Below, in pieces: positions 63,991-64,000 of a DNA stretch of 64,000 bases. Below the pieces are notes generated by a model, which saw nothing but the letters and a program-made list of their open reading frames with translations, did not search any database and was not told the origin of the DNA. The DNA is from a plasmid: the sequence record NZ_CP123987.1. One strand, written 5' to 3'. The position numbers were made by a program, and so were the translations under genes. Positions within the stretch are counted from its first letter, which is position 1, and every line of letters begins with the position of its first letter.

Positions 63991-64000
63991 AACTATCCAA

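Overview
This reads as a low-GC Firmicutes (Lactobacillaceae-like) chromosomal region. The organism call is an inference from AT-richness and gene content only.

Conserved metabolic operons in the window:
- A complete sorbitol/glucitol PTS operon (srlD, gutR, gutM, srlA, srlE, srlB) next to an Fsa/Tal-type aldolase, with a catabolite-responsive element (cre) site upstream.
- An MFS transporter, a FabK/nitronate-monooxygenase-like flavoprotein, adhE, class-3 fbp, sdaAA/sdaAB, an aminotransferase plus CN-hydrolase pair, ndk, and a sialic-acid (nan) cluster.
- A cysteine-free S14 paralog (rpsN) divergent from a TetM-family GTPase, an APC permease, and a bgl operon (licT, bglP, 6-phospho-beta-glucosidase) with a RAT/terminator.

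These operons are interleaved with accessory DNA:
- An IS66 element that splits nanA, flanked by an 8-bp target-site duplication (TSD).
- An IS200/IS605 element with GC-rich hairpins.
- An IS3 element with an intact slippery site and a frameshifted OrfB, inserted into a VirE/primase-like gene.
- An IS1182-type remnant and a degenerate duplicate of the rpsN 5' end.
- A plasmid-type replicon module (iterons, Rep_3 repB, RepA_N) beside an orphan SMI1/KNR4 gene.

The most interesting region is about 21.9 to 27.9 kb:
- It holds a quorum-sensing-type bacteriocin locus with a LytTR response regulator and an AgrC-like histidine kinase that carries three frame disruptions.
- It encodes an unannotated induction-peptide precursor with a double-glycine (GG) leader.
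- It carries two glycine-rich class IIb (lactacin F / gassericin T-like) peptides with putative immunity ORFs.
- It has a further unannotated GG-leader peptide and a secreted thioredoxin-like CxxC protein.
- No dedicated ABC exporter lies within the window.

Several genes are frame-disrupted at short homopolymers. These are an LPXTG mucus-binding surface protein with 300-bp tandem repeats, the histidine kinase, the VirE-like gene and IS3 OrfB. This may be genuine gene decay or assembly error and should be verified on raw reads.
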